A stretch of DNA of 52,560 bases, counting the filler, from Jimgerdemannia flammicorona (lineage: Eukaryota): the NCBI GenBank assembly GCA_003990765.1. It is 2 parts of 2 records of this genome, joined end to end, with 100 filler letters (N's around TTAATTAATTAA, not from the genome) between each part and the next. Parts side by side here need not be neighbours in the genome. Positions count along the whole stretch, not along the records: positions 1 to 26,230 come from RBNJ01000748.1; 1 more part is not named here. One strand, given 5' to 3'. The notes under the pieces were generated by a model. That model worked only from the letters and a program-made list of their open reading frames with translations, did not search any database and was not told where the DNA came from. Shown here in pieces: positions 12,006-24,679 of the stretch. The position numbers and the translations under genes were made by a program. Positions within the stretch are counted from its first letter, which is position 1; every line of letters begins with the position of its first letter.

Positions 12006-14068
12006 TATAAGAGGGTTACTTTTTAGGGTAATCGTTATGTAGTTCTGGAAAGGTTTTCTGGATATTCTGGATGTTCTGGAAGACCATTTTCTTATGGTCA
12101 AGATCAATTTCATATGGAGTACATCCTCTATGCTTATTGATTTCAAGATCAGGTTGACGTCTCAACCAAAGTCCTTTTTTGGACTAGTTCTGGATATTCA
12201 GGATTTTTTGTATTTCAGGAAGTTCAAGAAACTAAGACCAGCTTAGTTGAATTGGTGTATCGCTGCAGACAATACCCAATTAGGAAATTTCGTGACAGGG
12301 TTAGGAGTAGGACCTAACGGGAAGTGGATTTACTTAAGGGTGGTTTGAGGGTTATTTAAATAGGTTTAATTGCTATTCATGATATTGCTATACTAGGAGT
12401 AGTTGTATGAAGGGATATTGTAGGGAAGTATTCAGGAATGTTCTAGTGTATTTGAGTCTGAGATTCTGAGGTCTGGGAGAGGGGGTATTTATACTAGTGA
12501 GGGGCTATCTGGACTATGCTAGATATGGATATAGTACTAAGTGCCTTGCTGAGTCGGAATGCAGTCATATAGTACAAGTGTGATCTGATATGTCAAGAGA
12601 TCGTCTGACTGCTGAGTCAGTTCATAGTCATGTTGTACAAGGCTAATCTAACTATACTATGACTACTAGGCTATTTATGGGTTTAGGTGCTATCTGGGTA
12701 GTCCTCGATGACATCACCATCAATTGTATCATCTCTGATGAAGTAGTCATCTAGGAAGAGTGGTTCGCAGATTACTTCTCCTTATTCGCTGAGGTAATAA
12801 TACATTAGAACTTCATCACCATCCCACAGGATAGCATCATCTGTCTCGTAGGCTAGATAAGGTGTTGGTGGACGAAGGATGGGTGTATTGTCTTCACTTT
12901 CATTGGATTCACTGTCTGCATACCTTCTATAGGTTACAGCACTATGAGTTGCAGAATTGTAGTAAGCTGGCAGCTGTGGTTCATGTCACTCATACTCAGA
13001 TGGTAGAGTGGTTGGTTCAATCTCGAGGGTTGTCTGGAGGTACAGGTTGTGTTCTCCAGTCTCTTCATTGTAGTTGAAGTAATTGGGGGTGAATGCAGGT
13101 TGGTATTCATACCAGTGGTCATTGTCTCAATAAGTCTCATATGTAGTTATAAACTATTGTAAGTTCATTGGCAAGGTTGGCGGAGTGATCAGGGTTGGCA
13201 GAGATCCTTGGCTAGAGGTCATGTCAGTGTCAGAGGGATCATTGTCTTCTGCTTTGTCTTCATCGAAGTAGATTATATCGTAGATGTCCTTCATGGTGTA
13301 TCCAACTTGGGGCATTTGCAGGATATGATCATTGGGGTGTGGGAAGGTTCTAACTGTAGTTTTGACATACTCAAGGTACTTCTGGTTGAGTTCTTGTATC
13401 ATGTCATCGATTTGGCCATAGGACAGAGTAGCAACCATTTTACTGGTAGTAACTCGGAGGCAGGGAATAATGGTGCTGTACTCATAGAAGAGTTCTCGAT
13501 GTTTGTGGGCAATGAGCTTCTGGTGTTGATACATCTGAGTAATGTCTGTATCATAGTGGTGTTCGACCATGTCTTCCAGGAGGCGGCCGATCTGGTAGTA
13601 GCTTGAGATTTGTCCGATTCAGTGGGCCTCGCTAAGTATGTTCAGGGCATTCCATTGGGCTTCCACAAAGTAGAGGGGTACTAGACTATGGATATTCATG
13701 AGGGGCAGAGGGGGTGTGGCTCGGTTGACAATGGCATTCCAAATGTCAGCATGGATATGGTTATAGATCTCAGTGGTCATGTTTGTGTATTTGGAAGTTG
13801 TAGTTGTTGTTTGTTTTGGTTCTCTGATTTGATGCATCTTGATACTTGGTATATATGTATTTGATCCTGATTGATAAGATTCTGTTTGTATGAATCTTGT
13901 GTTCTGTGACTTCGTATTGACTCAGCTTTGTGCGCTGTAACTTCGGTTTGACTCAGCTTTGTGATCAAGCAGATGATTTCTAGATTTGTTCAGAGGTCAT
14001 GTGTGATTTCAGTGGCTTGTTCAGAGGGTGATGTGTAATTTCGGTGGCTTAGAGGTTGTGCACTTACA
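12006..14068 (-). mobile_element. Solo LTR copy B (2063 bp), inserted in inverted orientation into copy A
   Basis: Minus strand starts TGTAAG (14068) and ends CTTATA (12006; CTTACA with one C->T). 5-bp TSD agtat at 12001-12005 and 14069-14073. Homologous to copy A throughout and less mutated. Confidence 0.9.
12683..13780 (-). pseudogene. LTR-internal ORF in copy B (stops and small indels)
   Basis: MTTEIYNHIHADIWNAIVNRATPPLPL...YYQIGRLLEDMVEHHYDTDITQMYQHQKLIAHKHRELFYEYSTIIPCLRVTTSKMVATLSYGQIDDMI...; includes ORF-track 13619-13837 and 13154-13570. Confidence 0.75.
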
Positions 14069-14274
14069 AGTATAGAGGATGTACTCCATATGAAATTGAT
14101 CTTGACCTCAAGGAAACAGTCTTCCAGAATATCCAGAACTTCCAGAAAACTCTTTCAGAACTATATAATGGTTACCCTAATAAGTAATCCTCTTACAAAG
14201 TCTATTCTATCTCTACATTATAGATCTTTATTATATCTCTCTCTTAATATCTTATCAAAGGCTATACTAATGCA

Positions 14275-17200
14275 ACAACTAGTTCCCTAAGCCCAGTCTC
14301 CTCCCATCTTCAAAAACAAATAGCTAGTGACTGGCCAGCCTTACCCAAATTGCCAAAACCCAGTCTAAGGTAAGCCACTCCTTTTCTACCCCCCTAACCA
14401 GTCTATCTCTCAAATCCTCCCACCAACCCCATATGCTATCTCTCCTATATGCTACCCCCAAGCAGTCCCCAATAGTCCACCAAAAGTCACTAAGTACCTC
14501 ACACTCCTCTAGTCAATGTTCAGGCATCTGTATATATCCCCTTTCTTATCTAATATTGTAATACTCCTCACAGTCAAAGCAATCTCCCTTGATAAGGTGA
14601 CCCAAGCAGAAGTTGAGCATGATATTCCTTCTCAGTATGTACTACCAGACCACTCAGTACTTTAGTAGCATCCCACCTTAGCACTCTAGGTCCACACACT
14701 ATACCAGTCTCACTCTTCTCCAATATCCACTCTCTGCTATCTGCTAGACCACAGATCCTGGCCTTGTCTTCTTTGGCAATCTATCTGATCACTAATGTTA
14801 AATTCAATCAAGAGAACACCTTCCAGCAATACTCTGTTCCACCTCTACATTGCTAGGTCCCAAGCTGCCTCTTCTTCATTATCCTGCCAATGAATTCCAA
14901 TACAGTGCACCCCCTCTACATCTCTCCACCAGAAGTCTTTGTATCACAATTGTGCAGTATTCCAAAGCCCAACCAATGATAAGAGATCTTCTATTAAGCC
15001 TCTTGGTGAGGACTTCATCTCTCAGACCTTCTGCAACAGGGAGACCCAACTACCCCTGCTTAGCTCCACTGCTCTCTTTAATCACCATACTCTCAAGCAG
15101 TATAGTCTTCTCAAAAAGTCAACCAGCCCAAGCCCTCCTCTTTCCACTAGTAAAGATAAGACCTCCCAACTGATCTGACTCCTTCTTTTAGCTCAGATCC
15201 ACCCCTTGGCCAGCTTCATCAATCACTTCACTACCCAGACTGGGAAGTCTAAATAGTAAGCCAGATACCACAACTTTAGTAGCCAATAGACATTCAAAAT
15301 TGAGACATGCTCTGCTAGAGACAAGTGGCAACCCCCCCAGCTCTGCAGGGCCTCCCCCCAGATTCCAACCCTCTACTCCCACCAAAGTCTAGGTAGTACT
15401 GACCCATATACTGACAAATAAATACTCAAGTACCACACTACCTTACCAGTAGGGATGATGGTTCTGATAACATCTTCTCCTACCAGACTATTATCCAATA
15501 CCATTGTTTCACACTTGTGCCAATTGAGTTTAGCTTCAGAGTTCTCCTCATACCACTTCACTGTCTTCTTGAGCTCCTCAACATCAACAATAGACCTCAG
15601 GCTGACCACTATATCATCAGCAAAGGCCCCAACTTTCTACCCAATTCTAAGGACAGAGAGCCTCACTATCTTCCTCCTGATTCTATCTATTAGGGGCTCC
15701 AGGGAAAGGGCATATAGAATGGGGGACAGTGGGTCCCCCTGGGGCACACCCCTATCTAGGAGAAATAATACCTCTCTATGTCCATTACATATGAGCACAG
15801 CCCTACTCTCTTCCAGTAGGCTGATCATTGCTGACTAGAACTGGAGCAGTACCCCAGTCCTATCCAATACTTTCACTAGCCAGACTCTCCACACCTAGTC
15901 ATAAGCCTTCTCCTGGTCCAGGAAGACCAGTTGCCCATCCAGTCCACAAGCTTATGCCTCTTCAATAACTCTATGTATCCAGGCTGTGCCATCTCTAATG
16001 AACCAGCCTTCTACAAAGCCCCTCTGCTCAACACCCAAGACTTGCTGGGCCACCTTCTGTAGTCTCACAACCACTACCTTAGTCACCAATTTTCTGTCCA
16101 TATCTAGCAGTATAATTAGCTACCAGTTCTTCCAGTTCTCTTGCCTCCCTTTGTTCTTGTAAAGCAATGTTATCAGCCACAGATCCTGCTTCCCCACCCA
16201 CCTCTCTGTCTGTAATATAAAGTCACACAATGCTGCTATCTCACTCAGTACTCCTGGGACCTCCACCATCTTCTTCCAGAAGTCCCAGGGCAGACCATCC
16301 TCTCTAGGTGCTGTACCCAAGATTATTGTGGCAAGAACCTAGTAGATCTTTTTCTCTTGTACCAGTAACACCAAATCACTCAACCCATTCACTCATAGAG
16401 GGTACCAATCCTCCAATACCTAGTCAATGGCAGCAGCATCTGCCCCACCCTCCTTCTCACTCCACAATCTACTCTATCACTCCTTTAATGAACCAAGAAT
16501 GTCTTGTATACCATGCACCAGTATACTATCAGAGTTAAGCACCCCCTCCCATCTTTGCTATATCCTTCTTATCTGAAGGGCCCTTAAGAGATACTTAGAG
16601 GGCCTCTCCCCTTCCTCCAAATCTTATCAATGAAGCTGTGCTGCTAGGCTCTGCACCTTTGTCTCCTTCTCATCCTGCAGCACCTGTTGTAATTCTCCAA
16701 TCTCTATTTTCGCCCTCATTAACCTCCAATTCTCTCTCCCCTCTACTGTCACTAGCTCTGCCCAATCTTCCAAGAGTCTAGTCAGTCTAACAGAAGCCAT
16801 CTCACCTGTCATCTCCTCTGCTTCCCAGCCTCCCTGCCTGCCTCACTCCAGTAGACCCTGGTCATCTCTTTCATCCTCATCTACTGAATACCAACTGGGG
16901 TACCTTCCTACCTCTAGCTCTCCACCCTCAGTTGAATGTCCTCAGTCCACTCATCTTACCAGATCCTATTATCTAATAAAGAGGAATTGAGGTACCAATG
17001 TCCAGATCTATCCCCACTCCTCCCAAAATGCCCCTGCCCTAACAGCCCCCAATGATCCAACCAAGGACACTATTCAACCTCCAGCAACTTCCAAACATCC
17101 AAACCCCAGCAGCTGGCCATCAACATCCAGTCAATCCTTATCCCCAGGCCTTCTGCTCAGTGTGTATATATCCTTCTATCCCCCCAATACTCCCTACCAG

Positions 17201-19270
17201 TATCTACTAGAGTACTTAGCCTTTCTACATCCTCCTATACCACCAGCCCTCTACTCCTACTCTCAGCTCTCTGGCTGCCATTTGTTCTATCCATCAGTAC
17301 ATTCTGAACTATATTGAAATCTCTACCAAGTATATTCACCCCAGTCTCTACAAGAACCCCACTCTCCTGTAGACCCTTCACCCAATCCATATGCTCACTC
17401 TGTACAGCAGGGCAGTAACAGGAGCCCACTATGACCAGCTCCTAGCCTGTATATATCCACTCTCCCCAGACCAATCTATCCCCCCAGCTCCTCATATTTC
17501 ATATCTCCCCTCTGCTTTTCTAGACCAGAATCCCAACCTTGCCCTTCTAAACCACCTCACCTCTCTATTCCTTCATCTATTCCAACCTATCCAAATCATC
17601 CTCACACCTGATATCCTATAAGAGAAAGACATTGGTCTCCAATTCTTTCAGCCAAGTAAAAGTGTTCCTATATCAAGAAGTGTTTTGTAATCCATTTACA
17701 TTCAAAGAGAAAATATTGGTTATACTATTCAGGTGTATTATCCAGTTCATCCCTACTGCTCCATGTTTATCTCTTCTTATACTAAGTCCAGATTATATTC
17801 TGCAGTCACCTCCTCCTCTTCAGCCCTCTGAGCCTCCAATCCAGCCAATAGCTCATTCATCTCCCCATCTGCCTTCTTCTCAAACTCCTCTTGATACTCT
17901 AGATAGGTCTCCTGCCAGAGCTGCAATCCATAATACTTAGTTCAGCAGTATTTAGCTCTCTCATCAGCAATACCTGTCAGCTCCACCTCCCACTCCTTAT
18001 CTACCTTATACTCTTTCTTCTTCAGATATACTACAAGGATTTCCACCTTCAATGCCAACTCTACCCCATCCCTCTGCAGGATCTATGTCCAATGCTCATC
18101 ACTCATCACTCTCAAGTCTACCTCCCCTAACTCCTCAGCTACTAGGTTATTTATCATCCTACACATCCAAAGTAGGTTTCCCACCTCCTTCCCCCCAGGA
18201 GTCTCTGGCCTCTCTCTCTCCAATATCATGGTGTCAGCCCCAGCACTCACAGACTCATCTCATATCTCTGGAATATCCACTAATTCCTCCTCTTCAACTA
18301 CCACTACTTGTCCCCTATTTGCTATCTCAGGAACTCTAAATTGTACTTGCTGGGCCCTCCACATTGGCACATCCTCTCCCACTCTGCTTTGGGAAATCAG
18401 GCCTCTCCTGATAAGAGAAGTAGGGATAGATGATCTCTCCCAGGCCTCCTCCCAGACCTCAAACATACCATCAGCATATGGGTCATCACTAGTCACTTTT
18501 TTGTCCTCTCCTATCTCCTTTTCTGCACTCCCACCACCCTTGCCAGCCCAGACACTCACTTTGGTACCCCCTGTCTCTACCATTCTACCTGTATCTTTCT
18601 GTAGTCTACTTCACAGCTTAGTCAGCAGCTCCTTCTGACACTTATATCCCTGAGCTCTTTCTCACTATTCCTTGTCTACTCAAATCTACTTCCCATTCAC
18701 TACCTCTAAGTATGTTGACTCCACAAAAGTCTTCCAAGCCTTTGCCTACTACTCCACCACACCACTCAGCTCTTCCAGTGCTTTCAATAAGTCCTTTTCC
18801 TCCTCCTCACTCCCCTTCACTCTCATTATCTTACACAAGATCACCCCCCAGACCATCACCAAAGGCCAGTCCCTTGCCTTCCTGGTAGCTTTCTTTCCTA
18901 CCAGCCAAATCTGCACATCAACATTCTCAGTCTTGAGTGAGATCCCCTCCCAGACTCTGAACCTGATATCCACTACCTTGCTATACTCTACTATGACCTC
19001 CTCGACTCTCCTTCTCATCTCTACCACCATCACTATGGGCACTCCTTTCATCAGCAGTTGTACTATCTTGGGGTCCCATCTCAGGCAATATACCATTGAG
19101 ACACATATCTCCCTAATAGTCAAACCAACCTTCAGTACCTCCTCCAAAGACTCAGTCTCCTCAAAGCCCACCTCTACTCCTTCCAAACTCTTTAGAAACT
19201 TTACTGATGTCACTCCAGCCACCTGCTTAGTGATGAGCCCTAGTACTATTTTCACCATCACTACTATCAA
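14275..19270 (-). mobile_element. L1/Tx1-like non-LTR retrotransposon, degenerate (ORF1 plus APE-RT ORF2)
   Basis: APE motifs (FSLNVNG, GSCYCPA, GRDFN); RT motifs (GTAPREDGLPWDFWKK, RGVPQGDPLSPILY, FADD); C-terminal cysteine motif; ORF1 at ~17750-19270. Many stops. Both boundaries approximate. Confidence 0.9.
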
Positions 19271-19439
19271 CTCTACATCTACTCTCTTTACTTTCTCTTT
19301 ACTTATAGTCTAGTTACTTGTCTTCACTTCTCTCACTCTCTCTCCAGCCCTGCTCCTCATTCTTTCTGTCAAACTAGCCAATAGATCCTACTGACTCTTC
19401 TTTCCCTAAGCCTTCTTTTACATTATCTTATTTATATAA

Positions 19440-20425
19440 ATTCTCTTATCATTTACTATCTCCAAATATATCAATGTCAAGTAAGCCTACTACATATACT
19501 ATCATAAACATTCTACTACTTTATCTGAGTTTCTTCAGAGTCTTTAGTAAGTCTTTCTTCTTCACTTTACTCTCTTTCACTATAATAAAAGTATCTTACA
19601 TTATTAGTTTTTAGTCTTCTCAGTAGCTTTCTTTCTAGTAAGCTAGAGCCTAATATCTATATTATCTATTCTGAACTTAGTACTCTTTTATATATAGAAT
19701 CTAATATCTATAATCTTCTCATACTTCTTTATAATCTCCTTAACTCTTATCTCAACAATTATCACTATAGATATCTCTTTTACTAAGAGCTATATAACTC
19801 TCAGATCTCATCTTAAATACTAAGACATTAGTACTACTATCTTATCTATTGACAGCCTCACCTTCAAGGTCTCCTCTAAAGGCCTCTCCTTCTCAAACCC
19901 TACCTCAACTCTCTCTAGTCTATACAGAACTTCACTGAAATGATACTAGATATGTATCTGATTTATCAGTAATCTCAGTACTATCTTAATAGTTACCACA
20001 AAACCTCTGAAATATAATATAACTATAAACTCTAAGATTGATTTCTTGATTAATGGGGTCACTGCCAGTTCTATTATACTATTAGCTAGATCTTTCTTCC
20101 TCAAGTATTCTATCTACTCAGTCTTACTATCAATTATTATATCTGGATTTTTTTTCCAAATCTACTATCACTTTTCTATTAGTAGTCAAACCTAGACCTC
20201 TTACTCTAGTCCCTCTAGTCTCTATATCAACTCTATTAGGCAGTACTCCTTCAGCTCTCTCAGTATTCAACTTCTTCTTCTCTATCTACTGTTTATCTAT
20301 AGTATCTTTAGGCCAATTACCTGTCTTCATCTTATTTGTAAAACTCATCTACTCAGATCTCTTATTCTTTAATATATTACTATTATCTTTCTCTAATAAA
20401 CTATATAAAAAGTATTGTGAGTTAT
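19440..20425 (-). mobile_element. More decayed 5'/ORF1 fragment of the same LINE family
   Basis: Homologous to 38200-39270 (e.g. ttctcaaaccctacctc, atctggatttttt, aaaaagtattgtgagt) but much more AT-rich. Confidence 0.6.
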
Positions 20426-20429
20426 TTAT

Positions 20430-21871
20430 ATAATATAAATAGTAATAGAGAAAGATAAATATAGAAGTTTTGAGAAATAAAAGGTTCTGTTTGAATAGTT
20501 AAAAAAAATTTAGATTATAGTATAGTTATCAAAATATGTATAACAAGAAAAGTAAGCTACATAATATATAGACTAATTATTAAATATAGAACATCTGCAC
20601 TATCTAAAATCTCCAGTCTGAGAAGTTTCCTAAAGTGGTATATCTCTATTTCAGATAGTGCAAATAAATAAATTAAATATTATTTAGAGTGAAGTTTATT
20701 ATAGCTTCTTTCTCTACTACTATATCAGTTATAAGATATTAGTAAACAACTATCTGGATCTCTTTTTCTCTAACTTTACTCTCTTTACTCTAGTATAATT
20801 TGCTATTTATTAAATTGTAGTAAGAGAAAGACAATAGTGTGAGTTACTCCTTTATTAGTATCAGATTAGGGCTTTCTTTACTTTTTCATAGTTTCTGGTA
20901 CCTTCAGCTATATCTGAGATATATCTGTTTTGATATAGCACCTTCTTCTTTTTGCTATCATTAACTAAGTATTATCTTAGTATATTTTGGACTATATAGA
21001 AAGTCAGCTGATCTTGGGTATTAAGTGTTAGTATAGGTTATCCACAGGTTATTAGTATCTATAGTAGAGCTCTCTGAGCTTTAGTAAGCTTCTCAGTAAG
21101 TATAGTTTTAATATAGGTAATTGTTTTTTAGATAATATTGAGATAGAAGAGAAAATAGCTATTATAGATAGATAGAAAAGTAATTATAGTAGACTAGTCA
21201 GATATCAGACTGGTGATAGCTATTAGGATATTGTAGATACTATCTTAGTGGGGTCTTTTGATTAACTGACTAGAGGTAGAAGAGTATAGAAATCAGTATT
21301 CTAGCTATATTCAACTGGAACTAAGAGCTGATATAGTAATATAATCAAGGCCCACAGACTTAGAAAGTGTGATCTTTTTTATTAGATAGTACTTAACTGA
21401 AATTGGGAGCTAATATAGTAATATAATTGAGACCTATAGGCTCAGAGAGTGAGATTGGAGTCTTCTCAGATCTTAGCCCATATATCAGTTCTTTTGAGAG
21501 AGGTTTTGTATATTACTCATCTATTTTGAATCCTTTCTGCTTCTTATTAGTTAATTGGAAGGTTTTTCTTTATCTTAGGCTTTCATTTAGAGTTTGGAGG
21601 GCTATTCCTTATTCAGTTCCAGCATTGCTAGATCCAATACATAAGTATGCTCTCACAGTAAATGGGCCAATAATTTAGCCCTAGTAAGTGGATAAGTCTG
21701 ATCTATATAGTAAGAGATGGCATATCTGTCATATATAGCTAGAATAGTGAGACTGCTGGACAATTTGATAGCTTAGATTAATAGGGGGATAGTGCTCAGG
21801 GAAGTGGGGAGAATTTTGGCCTATATAGTCTAGGTTCCCTTTCAATAAAAATCTGTGGGGACTTGATCCTG

Positions 21872-21899
<28 letters not shown>
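20430..21899 (+). mobile_element. Decayed poly(A)-tailed retroelement (second family)
   Basis: CpG-free sequence ending in AATAAA and poly(A) at 21874-21899; the 3' end matches 3640-3822. Coding domains not recognisable; 5' boundary approximate. Confidence 0.5.
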
Positions 21900-21902
<3 letters not shown>

Positions 21903-23148
21903 GCGAAGTTTAGTAAAAGTATCTTATGGCCTATCTGGATTGGTACCCTTTTTCTCATTTATTCAACATCATACCCGCCTATTCTATGATAGCATCATTC
22001 ACAACTCGTTGCAGGGCTAAACTGCATGAGTTTTTAATTCACGCATATTTTCTTGTCCTGGATGCGTAGTTATAAAGGAGAAGGCCAGTAGCAGTATAGA
22101 CATGAAAAGATAAACTAGCAGATAACACACGCAATTTATGGTGCGGGCTTCGTAACGTGTGGTCTTGAAGAAATCGAAAAATCGCATCGCGAGTAGCAAG
22201 GAATGCGGGGTCGAATACGTTCAAAGACGATCGACAATTGTGTTTGGGTGGATGTGAGCGGTGACCGATTATAAGAAATGAAAAAAAAAGCTGCTTACGC
22301 TCTGCCATGTCGTTAGTTACCTTTTCCGTAACGGCTACGGACGGCGAGGGAGATGGCAGTGAACTACATTTAATTGAATGGACTTGACTTGCTCAATCCT
22401 TTGTTACCAAGGTGTGGTCGGAGATTGCCTTCATTGTCTTGCAAATCTCAATGTCTGTCATGTGAAGTTTTCAATAAAGGGGAAAAGCTTCACTTCCTAA
22501 CGAAGTACTCATGAGGTTACGACCGTGCGCTCGAAGTGGTAAATATATACTAATTCCGAGAAATGTATATCTTAATTCTACAGCGTTTGAAAATCTAGAA
22601 ATTCGTGGTTCTACGAATCAATCCGAAGAGCACTGTTCATGCTGAGATGGGCAGCACCCCTATCTGGATGTCCTTAGCGGATTTGCCGAGCGAAGACTCC
22701 GACGCTCAGCCTTTTTTCGTGGAAGGGGGAAATGAGAAAATGGCTCATTTTAGTTTCTCGTCTCACGCAAAGCTCGCTTACAACATCATGTGGTGTCTGA
22801 TGAAAGCAATTCCTTCTCGGCGAAAGAACCTTGCCTTTTAGGGCCTGTCATCCGCACGATTTGACAGAGGATGTATAGTCACGCGACAAAGTTGTGTGTC
22901 GCAAAAATAAATCTAGGGAGCAGGGCGATGGGCTCAGACATGCTCTTGTGGAGAGGCTTTTCAGGCGGTGATACTAAGATGGGCAAGACTGGGGCTGAGG
23001 GAATGGGGGGAGTGTGGAAGATGTGTGCGATAAAAATAGGGATCCGAACCATGTCTATTATTGGCAGATCCCCAAAGGGTCACGGGAGACTTAAATTTTC
23101 TTCTTGACCTCGCTCGCGCGCCTTTGCTCGACCGCACATTACACCATA

Positions 23149-24201
23149 ATGGGGAGGCGTTCTATGAAATCCATTTTTATCAAGTACCGTCGCCGTGGAT
23201 TCAGCGACGTTTATCCTGACGAGCTGTCTGGCTTCGTATGTACACCCCAAGTTCTCCTTCACAATAGGACATATTCTTTCGGTGGTCACGTCCGAAGCAT
23301 ATGAAACCCGCCCATTGCCCCCAGGTCTTCGGTCGATCTCGCTAGCCAGTCGCTCATCCGTTCACCCCCCCCCCCTTCCTCCCCATCTTGTAGCTCCCCG
23401 AATCCGTCTTCCATACGCGGATCGCAACCCTCAACACCAGACTCAAATGGCGACACCCCAAGTACGGTCTTCCGCTCTACCTCCTTGGGATTATGGTGTT
23501 CTTTATCGTATGCGGTGCCGTCTTCGTCTTTGTGGGGCCTTTCGCCACGCAGAACAGGTTGCAATACATGGCAGTCATGGCCGCGTTCGGAGCTAGCTGG
23601 TTTCTCTCTTTGGTGTTCTTTTTGATGTACGTGAGCGTGTCGTCCAAGGTGAGTTTCCTGAATTTGGAGTTTGAAGTTGGGGGAATCACAGATGATAGGA
23701 AACGAGCAACGGGAAGGAAAATAAAAGCAAGCAATTTTACTTAGAGGATTGCCTTGTATTTTGCCATACCTATGAATCTACTTTACTGACACCGTGTATC
23801 GCACGACATACTGAAATTATCTGATGTCGGCCATCACAGTTCAAAAAAATTGGCACCCAACTTTGCGTAGAATTCAATGCGCGCGATACGCTCCAGTATA
23901 ACGTTCGATGGAACCTGGTGCGCAAGCACGTGGACGCGGCAGAGGCGGACGACGAGATTCAGCAGGGTTGGGTACGTTCTACATCAAAGGTTTTATTTTT
24001 TGGTTATTAATTTTCTGCAGTGACGAAAAAATAAAAATAAAATAACAATGCGACACTTTTAAACCACAGTGTGTCGAGATACGCCCAGCGCAGTCCTTAT
24101 CGGGCAATCTTGCTCCCGTCGAAATTATAATAGAGGAAAGCAACGCGAAGGAGAAGGAAAAGCCGATGGAGGAGAGAGGGTTGTTATCGCACGCTGGTTG
24201 A
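23149..24201 (+). CDS. Predicted 201-aa two-transmembrane protein, Erf4/Golgin-A7-like; exons 23149-23235, 23394-23648, 23840-23971, 24070-24201
   Basis: All three introns are GT-AG (donors gtatgt, gtgagt, gtacgt) and phase 0, giving an open frame: MGRRSMKSIFIKYRRRGFSDVYPDELSGF/LPESVFHTRIATLNTRLKWRHPKYGLPLYLLGIMVFFIVCGAVFVFVGPFATQNRLQYMAVMAAFGASWFLSLVFFLMYVSVSSK/FKKIGTQLCVEFNARDTLQYNVRWNLV...GW/CVEI...HAG*. The family call rests on a by-eye pattern (F..YP.EL.G.L....F...I..LN, TM hairpin, EFN...N.RW). Confidence 0.75.
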
Positions 24202-24679
24202 TCGAACCGAGGGTTTCCAGGAGAAGTACGGCGGAGGAAGTAGGGTGTAAATTGCAATAAGAAATGTGAAATGTATAGGGACTGGTCAATACCGAAGGAT
24301 GCGGGTTGCATGTTGTAAATATCGCCACTATTCTTACTCTCCTTTTGTGTCGAAAAATCGTTCGAAGTATATATATACATGCGGTTACGCACATTGAATT
24401 TGTCGTTTTACAGTATGTGAATGTTACATTTGTTGGCCGTCGCTATAATCTATGTTCAATTTACCGACAAACAATACGTTGCACGTTATCATTGGTTCGA
24501 AATACGCACTTAGACGATCACTATCCTGGTTCTTATGCCATGCACTGGTATTCTCACACCTCACGGTTTTATCCAGTCCGGTAAACATTTACCAAATAAA
24601 CGAGCAGATTAGAATAGTATATTTTTATACATATGCAAAACAGGCCACACCCAAAATACTCCTGGTTCGAGATATCCAA

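Larger units (their letters stand above)
10090..14197 (+). mobile_element. Solo LTR copy A (~2 kb; 10090-12005 plus 14074-14197), interrupted by copy B
   Basis: Termini TGTAAG...CTTACA; 5-bp TSD aagtc (10085-10089, 14198-14202); TATAAATACCCC at 11641; AATAAA near 11765; no gag/pol inside. Confidence 0.85.
8869..14270 (-). mobile_element. Old LINE 3' fragment interrupted by a MITE (9316-9733) and solo LTRs (10090-14197)
   Basis: Poly-T at 8869-8887. The sequence matches the reverse complement of the LINE 3' end at 28330-29240 and reads contiguously across both insertions once the TSDs are removed. Confidence 0.75.

Noticed and set aside
12006..14068. Reading of the 2-kb TGT...ACA units as Ginger-like DNA transposons
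   Set aside because: The inverted ends are only ~6 bp, there is no integrase, TATA and poly(A) signals are present, and the ORF resembles the one in element B's true LTRs. Not fully excluded.
22017..23107. Short ORFs in the left part of the gene island
   Set aside because: I could not build a coherent spliced model or find motifs; treated as intergenic or promoter DNA.
23286..23734. Minus-strand ORFs 23286-23564 and 23477-23734
   Set aside because: Antisense to exon 2 of the better-supported plus-strand gene.
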